From contig OX597818.1 in assembly GCA_951406725.2 (NCBI GenBank), forward strand, positions 129,828,001 to 129,892,000: a DNA stretch of 64,000 bases. Direction: 5' to 3'. The position numbers and the translations under genes were made by a program. Positions 12,988 to 27,691 of the stretch are shown here, in pieces; the stretch's first letter is position 1; every line of letters begins with the position of its first letter. The notes under the pieces are model-generated. The model did not search any database and was not told the origin of the DNA. It saw only the letters and a list, made by a program, of their open reading frames with translations. The DNA comes from Octopus vulgaris (lineage: Eukaryota).

Positions 12988-13112
12988 GGGAGAATTCACA
13001 AAAAAAAACAAAAGACGAAGACAGGTGGTGTAGAAAACAAACAGATGTATTAGTATAACGCTCGGGAATTGAAAAAGTTTTTAACGTTTCGAGCCTACGC
13101 TCTTCCACAGAA
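12988..13112 (-). mobile_element. PLE-like fragment with a minimal hammerhead motif, in (TA)n
   Basis: Minus strand CTGTGGA-a-gagc-gtag-gctc-GAAACGTT; related copies at 20501 and 60865. Confidence 0.65.
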
Positions 13113-13518
13113 TATATATATATATATATATATATCAAGAATCAGGCTGGGCGTGGAGGAGGAGAGAAAATAGTAATTCAGTGAAGGAGAAGTACTGAGA
13201 GTAAGAACCCTGACCGAGAGAGAGAGAGAGTGAGAGAAAGTAATAGCAATGAGAGAAAGGAAGGGGTGATAGATGAATAAATAAAGAAGGGGTGAAAATA
13301 AAAAATCAACGTTTCAACTCTGTGTGAATATATGTATAACAGTGTGAGCATATGTGTATACATATGTGCATGTACAAGGAAGTATGTGAATGTTTGTATA
13401 TGTGATTATTATGTACCTTATTTTGTACCTTATTTATATATAAAATAGCCATCATTATTGATAGCACGTGGTCAGCTAGTCCAATAATTAAGCACTCATA
13501 CTAAAACAAAAAGTGGTG

Positions 13519-14004
13519 GAATTCTGCTTTATGCATGGCACATAACCCCTCATAACTTTTATTTTTTGGAATTTTCAGAAAATGCTTGGAAATTTGTATT
13601 CTACACATTGAGAATTCACATGTCTATGAAAAAAATAGTTTTAATTTTTTGAAATTTTTTTTGAAAAATATTTTTAAAATGCTTTGATTTAAAAAAAAAA
13701 TCACAATCTAAAATATGGACAGTCCAAATTTTTGGCTTAAATCCCTGCAATAGACTATTAAATATGCTTATTGAGAGAAATATATTGAAAAACATCAATA
13801 TGTCTGACAAACAAACAAACAAGGAGATGATGAGGTGGTTGTGAGATGTGCTAAAAATAACAGCTAAATAGCCCTTAAATCACACACAAAAGATTTTTGT
13901 GGTGTTTGCATAATTATATGAATTCTCCAGTGCAGAATGCAAATTTGCCAGAATTTTCTGAAAATTCCCCCAAAATGAAAAAGTTCATGCTTAAAGCAGA
14001 ATTC
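13519..14004. mobile_element. Foldback/MITE-like DNA element with long imperfect TIRs
   Basis: gaattctgctttatgcatg..ttttcagaaaat at the left; attttctgaaaa..catgcttaaagcagaattc at the right. Confidence 0.65.
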
Positions 14005-14184
14005 TGCTCAATAAGTGTTGTTATAATTGACTATATAAACCTTTAAGCTAATACTCCAGTATGACCACAATCCAATCACTAAAAACAATAGAAGAATGAA
14101 ATCAATAACAAAAAAGTGCCAGCGAATATACAGTTTATCCCTATAAGTAGTCTACAGAAGAAGAATAAAACGATAAATCTTTAC

Positions 14185-14204
14185 CTATCAGGTTTGAACA
14201 GAAC
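14185..14204 (-). other. Candidate 20-nt minus-strand exon
   Basis: U-rich tract, then tgcaattaacag|GTTCTGTTCAAACCTGATAG|gtaaag. Confidence 0.3.
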
Positions 14205-15133
14205 CTGTTAATTGCAGATCAATGAATTCGGTAACGAAAATATTAAAAAGAAATAAAAAAAAAGTTTTTTGAATGGAAATAAATAGTTTTGAGATTATAG
14301 TTTTTGCTTATCAAAGTTCATTCTCTGTTTTAAACTATTTAATTATATGTCTCGAAATTAAGAAGTTAAAAAATAAAACAAAACTACAATTAAAACCTAC
14401 TCTAAAACACAAAAAAATTTCACTCAGAATTTATCAATTACCTTGATAAATAATAATTTTCGTTTGTGGCTTGCTTTTCAATGTAATTGTTTGATTTCAT
14501 TAACATCTTCATCACCATCATCATCATCATCATAAGTATTATCATCATAACATTATCATATTATTATTATTACTGTTATTTTTACCATCATCATCATCAT
14601 CATCATCATCATCATTAGCAGTTTCACATCACCTTCATCACCTCTACTCTACCCCATACCACCTCCCACCTCATCACTAATCTTTCAACTTTAAGGGTTC
14701 ATGCCTAATTATATAAAATCATTATCATTATTAAAAATCATCACAGCACCCTTTTCCGTTGTTTTTGTTCCATTCTTCTTTTGTCTTACCATAGATTTAT
14801 TTCCAAGTTTATTTATTTACATGCACGTTTCTTTCTTTCTTTATTTCTTCCCACACACACACACACACACATACACACAAACACATAATGGAGTAAGTTG
14901 TTGGAGATAAAAATATATAATTCCTAAACTGTATTCTCATCAACACCCATAACATTCCCACCAACCCTCTTACATATACACAGACATACATGTTCCCCTC
15001 CTTTTTAATTAGGCACCCAAAACTTTTCAACTCATTGCCAAAATGAACAGAAAGCTATATCAGCTGTGGAAAAAAAAAATATTTTCAATATTTTTTCACC
15101 AATAAGCTCTAATGATCACCATCATTTTTATTA

Positions 15134-15206
<73 letters not shown>

Positions 15207-15532
15207 CATTATTATTGCTGCTGTTGTTCATGATGGTTTTCCTTTTGCTTTTGCTTTTTGTGGTTAAATATATTCAACTCTAAAAGAACACTGGTAACAA
15301 ACAAAGGTAAAAAAAACCCCAAAAAAACAAAAAACAAAAAACAAAAGGACAGAAAGTCCAGCTAATAAATAAGGCTAAAGAAAATAAAAACAAAAAAAAA
15401 ACATGAAGGGAACAGCAGAACCATAGCAACATCAGTAACATCAATAACATTCAAAGTTACCAAAAAAAAAAATTTAAAAAGTAAAAAAAAAAAACTTGCT
15501 TTTGTGAGTAAAATAACATAATAATAATAATG

Positions 15533-15584
<52 letters not shown>

Positions 15585-16125
15585 TTTCATATACTTTTCT
15601 CTGAGAAAATCTGAGAACTTTGGATACAATAAAAACAGAGACAAAAACAATTAATACATAAATAAAAAGATAAATATATTAATAAATAAATAGGCAACAG
15701 TAACTACTTATAGATTTTTATCTACTGGCAGATATTCTTATCTAAATAAGCCCATATCATCACATAGAATTTAAGCCTTTTGCCAATAAATATTTTTTCA
15801 CTCGTATTTCTCTTAATTGTTCCTATCAAAATATTATTGATTTCAATATTTTGCAACAAAAATAAAAGATATATGAAACACAATTAGGTGGTGGAGGTGC
15901 ATAGAGGGGGAAACTCGATATATAATAAGAGGAAAATGAGTATATAAATATAAGCCATGGATAAAAAAAAGAGAATGTATATATACACATAAGCACATGC
16001 ACACACACACATATATATATACACACACCTATACATATATATATACAGTTATATATATATATATGCATACACACCTATATATATATATATACATACACAC
16101 CTATATATATATATATATATACACA

Positions 16126-16167
<42 letters not shown>

Positions 16168-17121
16168 TACACATACATACACACCTATATATATATATAT
16201 ATATATATACACCTATATATATACATATACACACCTATATATATATACACATACACATATACATCCACATCCACACACACATATATATGAATATTTATAT
16301 ATATATAGATATGTAAGTGTACGTGTGAGTATATACATATATATATATAAATAAATATACACATATATATACACACACACACAGACATATCTATATATAC
16401 TTGTATATATAAATATACACGCACACATATATTTAAATATACTCAAACTTACGTATATACAATCATGTGTGCAAGTGTATGCATATAAATAAAAACACAC
16501 AAATATATAAATATAATAAAATAAACAAAAATGAGTCGGGGGTTATGGCTTACTATTATAAATCAGATTGATTAAACCATTTAGTGCTACTCTCCCTCCC
16601 CCACAAAACACTGAGATGTAATTTACATATGCACATAGATAGATCCATAAGCAGCTGACATATGCGTTCGCTTGCTTGTGTGTATGCATGAACACATGCA
16701 TATTCAGACAGAAAGACACACACACATATGTATATAAGTATGTATTTGAAATTCTATATGTACATATATGAACACACACAAGCGATTTTAATTTGAGTGT
16801 ATGTGTATATATATATATGCACATACATACACACATACATGTATACATACATAAATATTTATTTATTTTTCAATGTATGTTAGCTTACTTGAATGTACCA
16901 TAATATATAAAAGAGAAAGAAAAAAAATGTAAAATAGAGTAAAATCAATTTTTCTCAAACAATGTAGTGAGTGATAAAATAGGGAAATAAAGGAAGTAAA
17001 AATAGAATAGAAGATGTATATCTTAAAGAAGGATTAAAAGCAGAGATAAAAAAAAAACTTATACAGTTACACAACAAAGCACACATACACAGCTATGTAC
17101 ACTGACAAGCGCATATGTGTG

Positions 17122-17163
<42 letters not shown>

Positions 17164-17292
17164 TTATATTTCTATACATGAGCATGCAACCATATATATA
17201 TATATATATGTATAGATAGCTATACATATATTTATATACATACACTGATATATATATATATTTACACACATGTATGCATATATATATATATA

Positions 17293-17327
<35 letters not shown>

Positions 17328-18239
17328 GGATAGATAGCTATACATATATTTATATACATACACTGATATATATATTTACACACATGTATGCATATATATA
17401 TGTGTGTGTCTATATATATATATAGATCAATAAATATGCACACATATTTATGTGTGTGTCGATGTAAGTATATATAAATGTGTGAGTAAAAATAAGTAAA
17501 ATAAAAGTGTTGCATTCAAATCCATTTTCTGGCTGAGTAAAGAGGATTTAACAAGAGTAGGGCAGGATAGGGTGTTGTAGGGGTTCAATATGGGAGTGAT
17601 AAAGTCTCAAACAAGTGTAAAGAAAAATAGAGTGGTGGAGGAGCATGAACCTGAAATGAGAAGTGATGGGTGTAGGAAAGGGGATAACGGAAAGGGCTAA
17701 TAGGGAGTTAAACAATAAAGAGGATAGGAAAAAATACTTATAATAAGTATGATAAAGTAAGCATAATATAATAGAAGAGAAAAGAAAAAAAGTTTAAGGG
17801 AGTTAAAGATGGTGTGTGGGTCGTGGGGAGGCAGGAAAGAGTAAGTGTGCGAAAGAAGGAACATGATTTAAGGAGGGAAAATAAATAAGGAAAAGGGATT
17901 GAAAGAGAGAAAGAAATAGAGAGGGAAATGAAAATAAAATGAGTGTGACAAACAAAGAAGAGTACAGAAATGTAATGAAGAGATGAAGGGGTGGAAGAAA
18001 GAAAAAAAAAGAGATGAGGAAGAGGAAGAGGAAAAGTTGAGGATAAGAGAAAGGATTAAAGGAAGGAAAAATATAAAGAAATAGGAGGAAATAAAAGGAA
18101 CCAACAGAGTGAAAAACCAAATGAAGCAACAAGATATGAACAAAACAAAATGAGAAAAGGGGAAACAGATTTAAAATAAGTAAAACAGAATGAGATAATA
18201 TAGGAGAAATAAGTAAATAAATAAATAAATAAATCATTT

Positions 18240-18585
18240 CTATTATAGGCACAAGGCCTCAAATTTTGGGAAAGGGGGTTAGTTGATTACATCGACCCCA
18301 GTGCTCAACTGGTACTTAATTTATTGACCCTGGAGGGATGAAAGGTAAAGCTGATCTCGGTGGGATTTGAACTCAGAACATCAAGGTGAATGAAATACTG
18401 CAAACCATTTTGCCAGGCATACTAATGATCCTTCCAGCCCGCTGCCTAATAATAATAATGATTTCAAATTTTTTCCCCAAGGGCAGCTTGGGGGAGGTGA
18501 TTAAGTCGATTACATCGACCCCAGTGCATAACTGGTACTTATTTAATCAACCCAAAAGGATGAAAGGTAAAGTTGACTTCGGTGG
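18240..18585 (-). mobile_element. Two tandem SINE family D copies
   Basis: Repeated tacatcgaccccagtg..actggtactt..gatgaaagg separated by (AAT)n. Confidence 0.8.
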
Positions 18586-19299
18586 AATAATAATGATAAT
18601 GATAATAAAGGTTTCTGAATCAGGCACAAAGCCAGCAATTTTGAGGAGAAGGAGTTTAGCCAATTACATTAATCAGTCAATTGGTACTTTATTCTAACGA
18701 AGAAAGAGAGGGACAAAGTAGAGCAAGAGAAGAAGAAGTAAAAGAAGATAATGATGATGGAGATGATGATGAAAGAGGAGGTGGAGAAAAGAGAGAGGAA
18801 GAGGGATATAGATAGGAAGTGCAGAAGGAGAATCATGGGGGAAAATATTTGGGTGTATTGACAATAAATAATTATCAAAGGTGAGAGAGAGAAAGAGAAG
18901 AGTTAACAACAAGAAATAAAAGAAGTACATATTACATGTAGGTACAAGAAACAATAGCATAACAACAAGATAAAGAAAACCAAAGTAAAAGAATGTAAGA
19001 GAAAAAAAGAAATTTAAAAAAAAGGAAAGAAAAATAGAAAGAAACAATGGAAAACAATTTTCTCCAAGAATTCTTAAAATGTATTACAATCAGTTCTGAA
19101 GATTTCACACCAAATCAACGAGATAAAATGCCATGATAAGATATGTTTCTTTTCTTTTATCCTTCTCCCTACGTTTCTCCCTATATATACAACCTTTACA
19201 ATACTTTTTAATATAGACACTATAATCTTTATGAGGTTCTCTTTGGTTCTGATGTTCTCCTCTGTATGCATCTGTGTTTGTATGTGCACATGCTTGTGT

Positions 19300-19343
<44 letters not shown>

Positions 19344-19399
19344 GTGTGTGTGTATGTATATATATATATATATATGTGTGTGTATATATATATATATAT

Positions 19400-19448
<49 letters not shown>

Positions 19449-19450
19449 TA

Positions 19451-19538
<88 letters not shown>

Positions 19539-19853
19539 GTGTGTGTGTCTGTGCAGATGCATGAATATGTAATTGTGTTTATGCATATGGTGGTTGATCA
19601 TGTCTTAGAAGATATTTCAACAAAACAAAAACAAAAACAAAAGAAAAGAAAAGAAAAAAAAAAGAGAAATTTCACAAGTAAAATTTCAAAGGCAAAGAAT
19701 CCAACAAAACAAAGTAGATGTGCTAAAGATAATATCTATTCAATTGAAAACAGATAAAGAAGAAAACAAAATCATCCATGTGTCAAGTGGCTGACATAAA
19801 GATAGATGTGAATATATGTATAAACTGAATAGTAATCAAGCAATGGAAGGCAT

Positions 19854-19891
<38 letters not shown>

Positions 19892-20052
19892 TTGTTTATT
19901 TATTATTTTTACTTTCCACTGCTTTATAATAAATATGATTTAATCACTTAAACTCCTGTCAACAATATTTTTTTTTTCTTTGCATTTCCAAACATAGTGG
20001 ATTTAAAAAGAAATAAATGTACACACACACACATACTTATATACATTTATAT

Positions 20053-20268
20053 ATGAGGAAGTGCTGAAAAGTTCCTGGCTTCGGGTAAAAGAAAATATAG
20101 GAAGATCAGTTAATTATGATATTATTCAACATATTCTCCTCTCAGATTCATACATTTATTGCAGCAGTCCTTCAGTTTTTCTAAACCTTGTAAAAGAGCT
20201 CAGAGGGTTGGGCCTTCAACTAGGTTTTCCAATACCCTTAAAGCCAGGAACTTCTCAGCATACCATCA
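20053..20268. mobile_element. Mariner-type MITE (~210 bp)
   Basis: TIRs gtgctgaaaagttcctggct / agccaggaacttctcagca; copies at 23100 and 35604. Confidence 0.85.
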
Positions 20269-20416
20269 TATATATATGATGCGTTTAATTTTGTTTAACT
20301 GATGTATATACACATAAATGTGCATGCATGAGCATGACATATTTTAAAGCTCTATAAGTCACCATACATACATGCATGCATGCATGCATGCATACATACA
20401 TACATACATACATACA

Positions 20417-20500
<84 letters not shown>

Positions 20501-20503
<3 letters not shown>

Positions 20504-20655
20504 AGGGTTTACGAAAAAAACAAAAGACGAAGACAGATGGTGTACAAAACAAACAGATGTATTAGTATAATGCTCAGGAATAGAAAAAGTCTTTTACGTT
20601 TCGAGCCTACACTCTTCTACAGAAAGGGACACAGGAAAAACAAGGAGAGAATAAA
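20501..20655 (-). mobile_element. PLE-like fragment with a hammerhead motif, in (TA)n
   Basis: Minus strand cttt-CTGTAGA-a-gagt-gtag-gctc-GAAAC-GTA-aaag. Confidence 0.65.
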
Positions 20656-22439
20656 TATATATATATATATCTAATGCAGGATAAAATTTTTTCGAAAAAA
20701 AATTTTATCAATGTCCAGCATATTAAAAAATAACTTTAAAGGTTAAATTATAAATATGGGTGAACAAAAAAATTTGCAAGTTTGGCATTAGAAATTTTTT
20801 CATTTGCCCTTATTTATAAGTTATATATATACATACACACACAAACAATAGGGTGCACCTATCTCCTGACATTATACACAATGTATGCCAGCGATACAAA
20901 CTGAAATCCCCATATTTACAGGTGAATTTGATCAATAACAATTTTCTTTCAAGAAAACACTGCACCATTTAAAAAAATTATTTTTGGTTAATTAACAGGT
21001 ACCTGTCTTTGTTGAAAGTTGTGTCTCCTCTAAACCCAACTAACGCTATTACCAGACTTCATCAAACTTTTCTCAGCAGCCTTCATTTTATTGTAACAGC
21101 TGATTCATCAGCAGTCCGAGGTGAGCACTCTCTAGACCAATTATGGTTTTGTGCTCAAGTTATACCACTAAACCTATATGGTTACTGGTCATAGTTATCG
21201 GGCGTGTCAACCAACAAAGATCCAAGGTAGTCCAAAATTGCAAATTTAGTTGTTGCTATAGTTTGGGCTGCCATCTATGCAGCAGACCATTAGTGAAGTG
21301 TCTGTATAGGTAATGCATTTCACTAACCACCAAAATATTATCATGCAAAACAGAAACAAGCTCATGTTTATGCCACTCAAACTAACAGAAAGCACTGTGA
21401 ATAGATATAAAGAATATCCATAAATTCAACTTCTTTTTATTAAAACTCAAAAGCTTTCAAAGATGCAGTTTTTGAAGTACAGAATTTGTACAACAATTCT
21501 ATATCGTTTCATTCACCAAGGTTAGTTTCCACTGAAAATGTGTTTTCATGAGAAACTTTCTGTACATATGCATATGTATTGGCAGATACAAACACCACTA
21601 CTGATTGATATGCACACCACACAAATTACCATGCATAGATTTATGTTGTATTCAGCTACTATTTAATGCATCAACTTACAGTCACAGTCACTGTAGCTTC
21701 AGCAGCTATTACAAGTTATTCATCTTGCCATAGGTTGTATATACAGAATTTTATACAGACTCACTTGTACAAAAGCTTGTATATCCTGCAGATTTACTTA
21801 CAATTTGAACACACACCATGCAGACTTACTTGCATATCACACAAACATACATGCTTTAATACCATCATCAATGCACTTATATGGGTGTACACATGTATTT
21901 ATGTTCTGTCAGTTCATTTACTGACTCACAACCTGTGAAAACCCCTTTTTTAATACGTTTGTAACATTCACTTACTCTGTGCGTTTATTAATGATGGTGA
22001 AATTAAAACCCTATCTTATGCACATTTTTATTTTTGTTGATCATAGCATGTGACAGCTAAACTGATTTATCAATCAGTGGAAAGTATATTTTCCCATTCT
22101 GCAATTGTAATAAAATAAAAAACCTTTTTAAATATTCTTGTAATTTTTCTATAGACCTTGTGTTTCTTGACATTCATTTCTCTGTTTCTATCTGATACTG
22201 ACAATTGAATGCATCCATTTTGGTAAAACAAGTTTACTGCATGACATCGATAAAATATTAAATGGTCCTCTACGAGTGCAATTCTGTGAAGCAGCCCAGT
22301 AATATACATAGCTACAGTTCAAGTTTAGTTTTTTAAGGGACTTATGCAAGAGTTTGGCATCATCTTTTGTTAACCAGTGTCTCTCGTTCATGTATACACT
22401 AGTGTCAGTAATCATCATCATCATCATCATCATCATAAT

Positions 22440-22800
22440 CGTTTGGCATCCGCTTTCCATGCTAGTATGGGTTGGACGGTTCAACTGGGGTCTGGGAAGC
22501 CAGAAGGCTGCACCAGGCCCAGTCTGATCTGGCAATGTTTCTACAGCTGGATGCCATTCCTAACGCCAACCGTTCTGTGAGTGTAGTGGGTGCTTTTTAC
22601 GTGCCACTGGCACAGGTGCCAGACGAGGCTGGCAAATGGCCATGATCAGATGATGCTTTTTACATGCCACCGGCACGGGAGCCAGGCGAGGCTGGCAATG
22701 GCCACGATCAGATGGTGCTTTTTACATGTCACCGGCATGGGGGCCAGGCGAGGCTGGCAACGGCCACGAACGGATGGTGCTTTTTATGTGCCACTGGCTT
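22440..22800 (-). mobile_element. SINE family C with internal ~60-bp tandem units
   Basis: Core and (CAT)n tail; four tgctttttac(g/a)tg(c/t)cac units at 22590-22800. Confidence 0.85.
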
Positions 22801-23099
22801 TAAAACCTTTCTCACCCCTATTTCTAATGATATACTTTGGTAATGCATTTTTCAATAAATCTTTTAAATAATCAACAGGATTTTAGTGAAATGATAAACC
22901 TTTTCATGAAGAAACTATCATTTGGAATATAAGCATTCATATTTATGATAGGTGGTTTTAAATTATATATAAACACTTTAAAACTCTAGAACCAAAGGTT
23001 GTCCACTGTGATTAAAAATAACTTTTATTTCTAATTGCACCGAGATAGTTAGCTAAAATTAATGGAAGGGTTTTAAAAGATATCCACCAAAATATTGTA

Positions 23100-23304
23100 T
23101 GAGGGGTGCTGAAAAGTTCCTGAATTTAGGTAAAAGAAAATACAGGATTATGCTTTTATTCAATGTATTCCCCTTTCAGATTCGCACACTTATTGCAGTG
23201 GTCCTTCAGTTTGTCTAAGTCCTGTGAAAGAACTTGGAAGGCTGGGCCACCAACCAAGCCTTTTGTGATACACTTAAAGCCAGGAACTCTTCAGTACCCC
23301 CTCA
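23100..23304. mobile_element. Mariner-type MITE
   Basis: ta|tgaggggtgctgaaaagttcc..ggaactcttcagtaccccctca|ta. Confidence 0.88.
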
Positions 23305-23890
23305 TATTCTTCACATGGAACCATCAAGTTTCACATAACACCATCAATCTTCACACAACACCCTCAAGCTTCATGCAACACCATTACTCACACAATTCCT
23401 TTATCTAAACATAGCTTCCATGTTGTCCACCAGGCTTAAAGTTAATGGGACTCTATCAAAGACCTTCACTAAATGATCAAATGTAAGATACAAGACTTAG
23501 TTCTTTTTCAGGTATTAGTTTTAGAGTTATCATGCAGAAATATCACATATACAGTTTCATATCTTTGAGACAAGCGAAAATGCTTCACAATTTTTATGTA
23601 CTATTCTGCTCTCAGTTTTCCATTCTGACATAATTTTAATATTCTATTGAACAATCAGGTAATGGCTGCAAAGTTTCCATGTGAATGGTTAAAGCAAGAA
23701 TTTATTCAACTGGACAGCTAATTAAATACTGATTAAAATAGCTTATTTCAACTTATCTACCATGACAATGTAATGGCTGTAGCATGATATAAACTCATAT
23801 ACTTGAAAATCAATTACTAAATATATTAATCTCAAAACCACTGTGTCCACTCTCAACACTCTCTCAATCTACTTACACACAAACGCACAC

Positions 23891-23991
<101 letters not shown>

Positions 23992-24006
23992 TACATATAT
24001 ATATAC

Positions 24007-24057
<51 letters not shown>

Positions 24058-24462
24058 TGTCTGTATATTTGTGTGCATGGTGTGTATGTGTGTGCAATTT
24101 CATGAAGCAGTTTCTTCAGTTGTATTCGGAAGGCTAACTCATTTCCCACAAAAACAAAGGTATCACAAATACAGGCATACCTTGGCTTAAGTCGTTTTGA
24201 TTTAAGTTGTTCTCGATTATACGTCAGTTTTCAAAAATAATATATGGAAAAATAAAAATCAAGGTAAGTCATTTTACTCGACTTTACGTCTGTTCACTAC
24301 AAATATTGGAATCGTAGAATCACCAGAAAAACTGTTAACAGTACATAAAATCATGTTACTGTACAATAGATAAGAAAAAAAGCATATAAAATCATATTAA
24401 AGTACATGCAGTAAATGTTAAGATACACACCATAAAGTAGTGAGGCTTAGTGGATGAAATCA

Positions 24463-24700
24463 CGATTATCAAATTGTATATACGTATTGGTAAATTTAAA
24501 ATAATTTAGTTTTATTTTTAACATTACCAAATTGTATATATGTATTGGTAAATTTTAAATAATTTAGTTTTATTTTTAACATTACCAAATTGTATATACG
24601 TATTGGTAAATTTAAAATAATTTATTTTTATTTTTAACATTACCAAATTGTATATACGTATTGGTAAATTTAAAATAATTTAGTTTTATTTTTACTATTG
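24463..24700. repeat. ~59-bp minisatellite, 4 units
   Basis: Unit attaccaaattgtatatacgtattggtaaatttaaaataatttagttttatttttaac. Confidence 0.92.
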
Positions 24701-24899
24701 CAAAATAATAATAAAAACTGAATTTGTTTTTTAAGCTTAAAAAAGGCTTTTATTTTACCACGTCTTTTTGCAAACCGCATTCATAAATAAAGTGTCCACG
24801 TTGTATGGTAAACACCAACAAATTGTATTTGTAAATTTAGATTACTTTTTTTTTACTGCACTGTATTAAAAAATAAAAATTAATTGTTTGTAAGCTTAA

Positions 24900-25109
24900 C
24901 CCTTTTATTTTGAGATGCTCTGTGTTTCTTTCAATTATTTTAAGTATAACAAAGAATTTAGTAAAATAACTTAGTTATCATTCAGCTAGTGTTAGGAACA
25001 TAAATTGTGACTAAAGGTTTGGTGGAAGATTTTAATTCAGAACTTTTAAAAACAAGACATTTGTACTACAAAGTCAGAGCCGGTTTCAGCCGGGTTGGTA
25101 ACAAAAGGG
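24900..25109. mobile_element. piggyBac-like MITE nested in the Tigger-like element
   Basis: TTAA|ccctttt..aaaaggg|TTAA; relative at 35238. Confidence 0.75.
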
Positions 25110-25711
25110 TTAAAATGGTTATTTACCATGGAGCATTGAAAATGTATTCATAAACAAAGTACAAAACTGGGAATGATTATTGGTTTAGCCTAGAGACAAG
25201 TTAATTCGACTTAAGTCATGTCTCCTGGAACCAATTAACGACGTAGGGTGAGGTATGCCTGTATACACAATAAACAGTCACAAAGAAATATTCATGTAAA
25301 TGTATTGCTATTTTACTAAATAGACCTAACAACTAAAAAAACTAAAAAATGTTATCATGTGAACATACTTCAGTTATCAAGCTATGAATGGAGGGCTGTA
25401 AAATTTAATCTACAAGCAAAATCATTACCCACCAGTCAGTCAGTTTTCTTTTAGTATGACTCTACTGTCCAATGAATCATTTCCTAATGTGAGATACTTG
25501 GTTGGAAATAAACAGAGAACACACCCCACACTCATATATATATATATATTTATATATATGTAAACACACACATACATGCATATATATATATATATACACA
25601 TACATTATATATACATATATATATACACATACATTATATATACATATATATATATATACACATACATTATATATACATACATATATATATATATATACAC
25701 ATACATTATAT

Positions 25712-25751
<40 letters not shown>

Positions 25752-25838
25752 AGTATATATATATATACACATACACACATTATATATATATATATATACA
25801 TTATATCTATCTATCTATCGATCGATTGATCAAATGAC

Positions 25839-25876
<38 letters not shown>

Positions 25877-26729
25877 CTAGCGATAGCATAATTATTGAAT
25901 TCTTACTGACTCAGTCCCTGTGAAATATGAGTATCTGCTTCCATCCACATTTTTCTTTTTTCCTTTGCTTTTTGTTTTTGTCAACTGCATAATTTTACAG
26001 AGTGAAGTTGAGACACCAGGCTCAAATCTCAATGCAAAGTGCCAGATGCCACTTTTTGTCTGGCATCTACAGTGAAACTTGCTTGTCTTGGTTGAACCTG
26101 CTTAGTAGAATATGACATCCACTGAGACAAGCTTTAGAGTCATGAAGGGACAAAAAAAAAAAAGGTGCCATAAATTTTAATTTTTCAAAGAAATTCTTCT
26201 CCACGTGCAAAACACTACCAATATTCACACACATGTTATAGATATACATACCTGTAAATATATACGTGCATCTATAGAGGATGCTTATTTTGAAAGTCTG
26301 CTTTGTATTGAAAGCAGTTTTTGAAATATTCTGGGCTCAAAATGTAAAACTTAAATGCTAACCCTAACATAAGCTGGCCCTTATAATATACCATAAACAG
26401 TAAAAAATTTACTGAATGTCACAATAAAATAAATCAAAGTATTGAATTTGTTTGGAAAAGAAAAGACACATTTATAAATTCCAGGATACACAAACTTAGC
26501 TGTTTAAATCAGAAATTCAAAGAGATATGAAAAAGAAAAAAATTCTGACTAGGGTTGCTTGCTCTCAACCATCACTACTGATTTGTTTTGCATTGTTGCC
26601 TGTGCAATTTTTTGTGTTGTTGTTGTTCATGAATGTGTTGTTTGATATGGGAATGTCAGATTGCATCAGACTGTTTTGCTGTTGTTGTCGTAAAAAAAGG
26701 ATGATATTATTAAAAGGAGATTTAAGTCA

Positions 26730-27190
26730 GTGAGCTGGCAGAATCATTAATATATTTCTTTACTGCCCACAAGGGGCTAAACATAAAGGGGACAAACAAG
26801 GACAGACAAACGAATTAAGTCAATTACATCGACCCCAGTGCGAAACTGGTACTTAATTTATCGACCCCGAAAGGATGAAAGGCAAAGTCGACCTCGGCGG
26901 AATTTGAACTCAGAACGTAACGACAGACGAAATACCGTTAAGCATTTCGCCCGGCGCGCTAACGTGTCTACCAGCTCGCCGCCTTAACTGGCAGAATCAT
27001 TAATATGCTGGGCAAAAAGCTGAGTAGCATTTTGTCTGTACTTATGTTCTGAGTTCAAATTTTACCAAGGTCAACTTTATCTTTCATCCTTTAGGGGTTG
27101 ATAAAACAAGTACTTGTTGAACACTGGGGTTGATGAATTCATATTACCCCATCCCCTGAACTTACTGGCTTTGTACCAGAATTTGAAACC
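26730..27190 (+). mobile_element. Older SINE family D, split by an antisense copy of the same family
   Basis: Head gagctggcagaatc at 26732 resumes at 26988. Confidence 0.8.
26754..26987 (-). mobile_element. Young SINE family D
   Basis: 19-bp TSD ctggcagaatcattaatat (26735-26753 / 26988-27006). Confidence 0.92.
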
Positions 27191-27376
27191 ATTACTGAAA
27201 GAAGATTCTAAGGTGGTAAGCTGGCAGAATCATTAGCAGTCCAGATGAACAAAGCTAGAAGAAATACAGCAAAGCTTTTTTTCGAGGTTTGTGTTCTGAG
27301 CTGAAGTTCTGTCAGTTGACTTTGCCATTCATCCTTTTGGGGTCAATAAAATAAGAACCAGTAAGCACTAGCATTC

Positions 27377-27691
27377 TGTGGAGGTGCAATGGCCCAGTGG
27401 TTAGGGCCGTGGACTTGTTGTCAGAGGATCATGGTTTCGATTCCCAGACCGGGCATTGTGTGTGTTTATTGAGCGAAAACACCTAAAAGCTCCACGAGGC
27501 TCTGGTAGGGGGTGGTAGTGACCCTTGTTGTACTCTTTCGCCAAAACTTTCTCTTACTCTCTCTTCCTGTTTCTTGAGTAACGCTGTGATGGACTGGCGT
27601 CTCGTCCAGCTAGGGAGGAACACATAGGCCACAGAAATCAGGAAACCGGTCCCATGAGCCTGATTAGGCTTGAAAAGGGCAAAAGAAGAAG
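27377..27691 (+). mobile_element. SINE family B head with tail type 2, nested in a family D copy
   Basis: 14-bp TSD aagcactagcattc (27363-27376 / 27692-27705); tail gatggactggcgtctcgtccag..(GAA)n. Confidence 0.9.

Larger units (their letters stand above)
24172..25261. mobile_element. Tigger/pogo-type non-autonomous DNA transposon
   Basis: TA TSD; TIRs caggcatacct / aggtatgcctg; subterminal cttaagtc repeats. Confidence 0.85.

Noticed and set aside
16554-16610. 57-nt minus-strand exon with gtaagc donor
   Set aside because: The acceptor lacks a pyrimidine tract and the peptide is uninformative
22590-22800. Repeat-spacer-like pattern (also 27890-28050 and 56880-57010)
   Set aside because: Internal tandem units of SINE family C; the apparent spacers are homologous to each other
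24463-24700. CRISPR-like array of palindromic repeats
   Set aside because: The units are contiguous with no unique spacers, there are no cas genes, and the array lies inside a eukaryotic transposon
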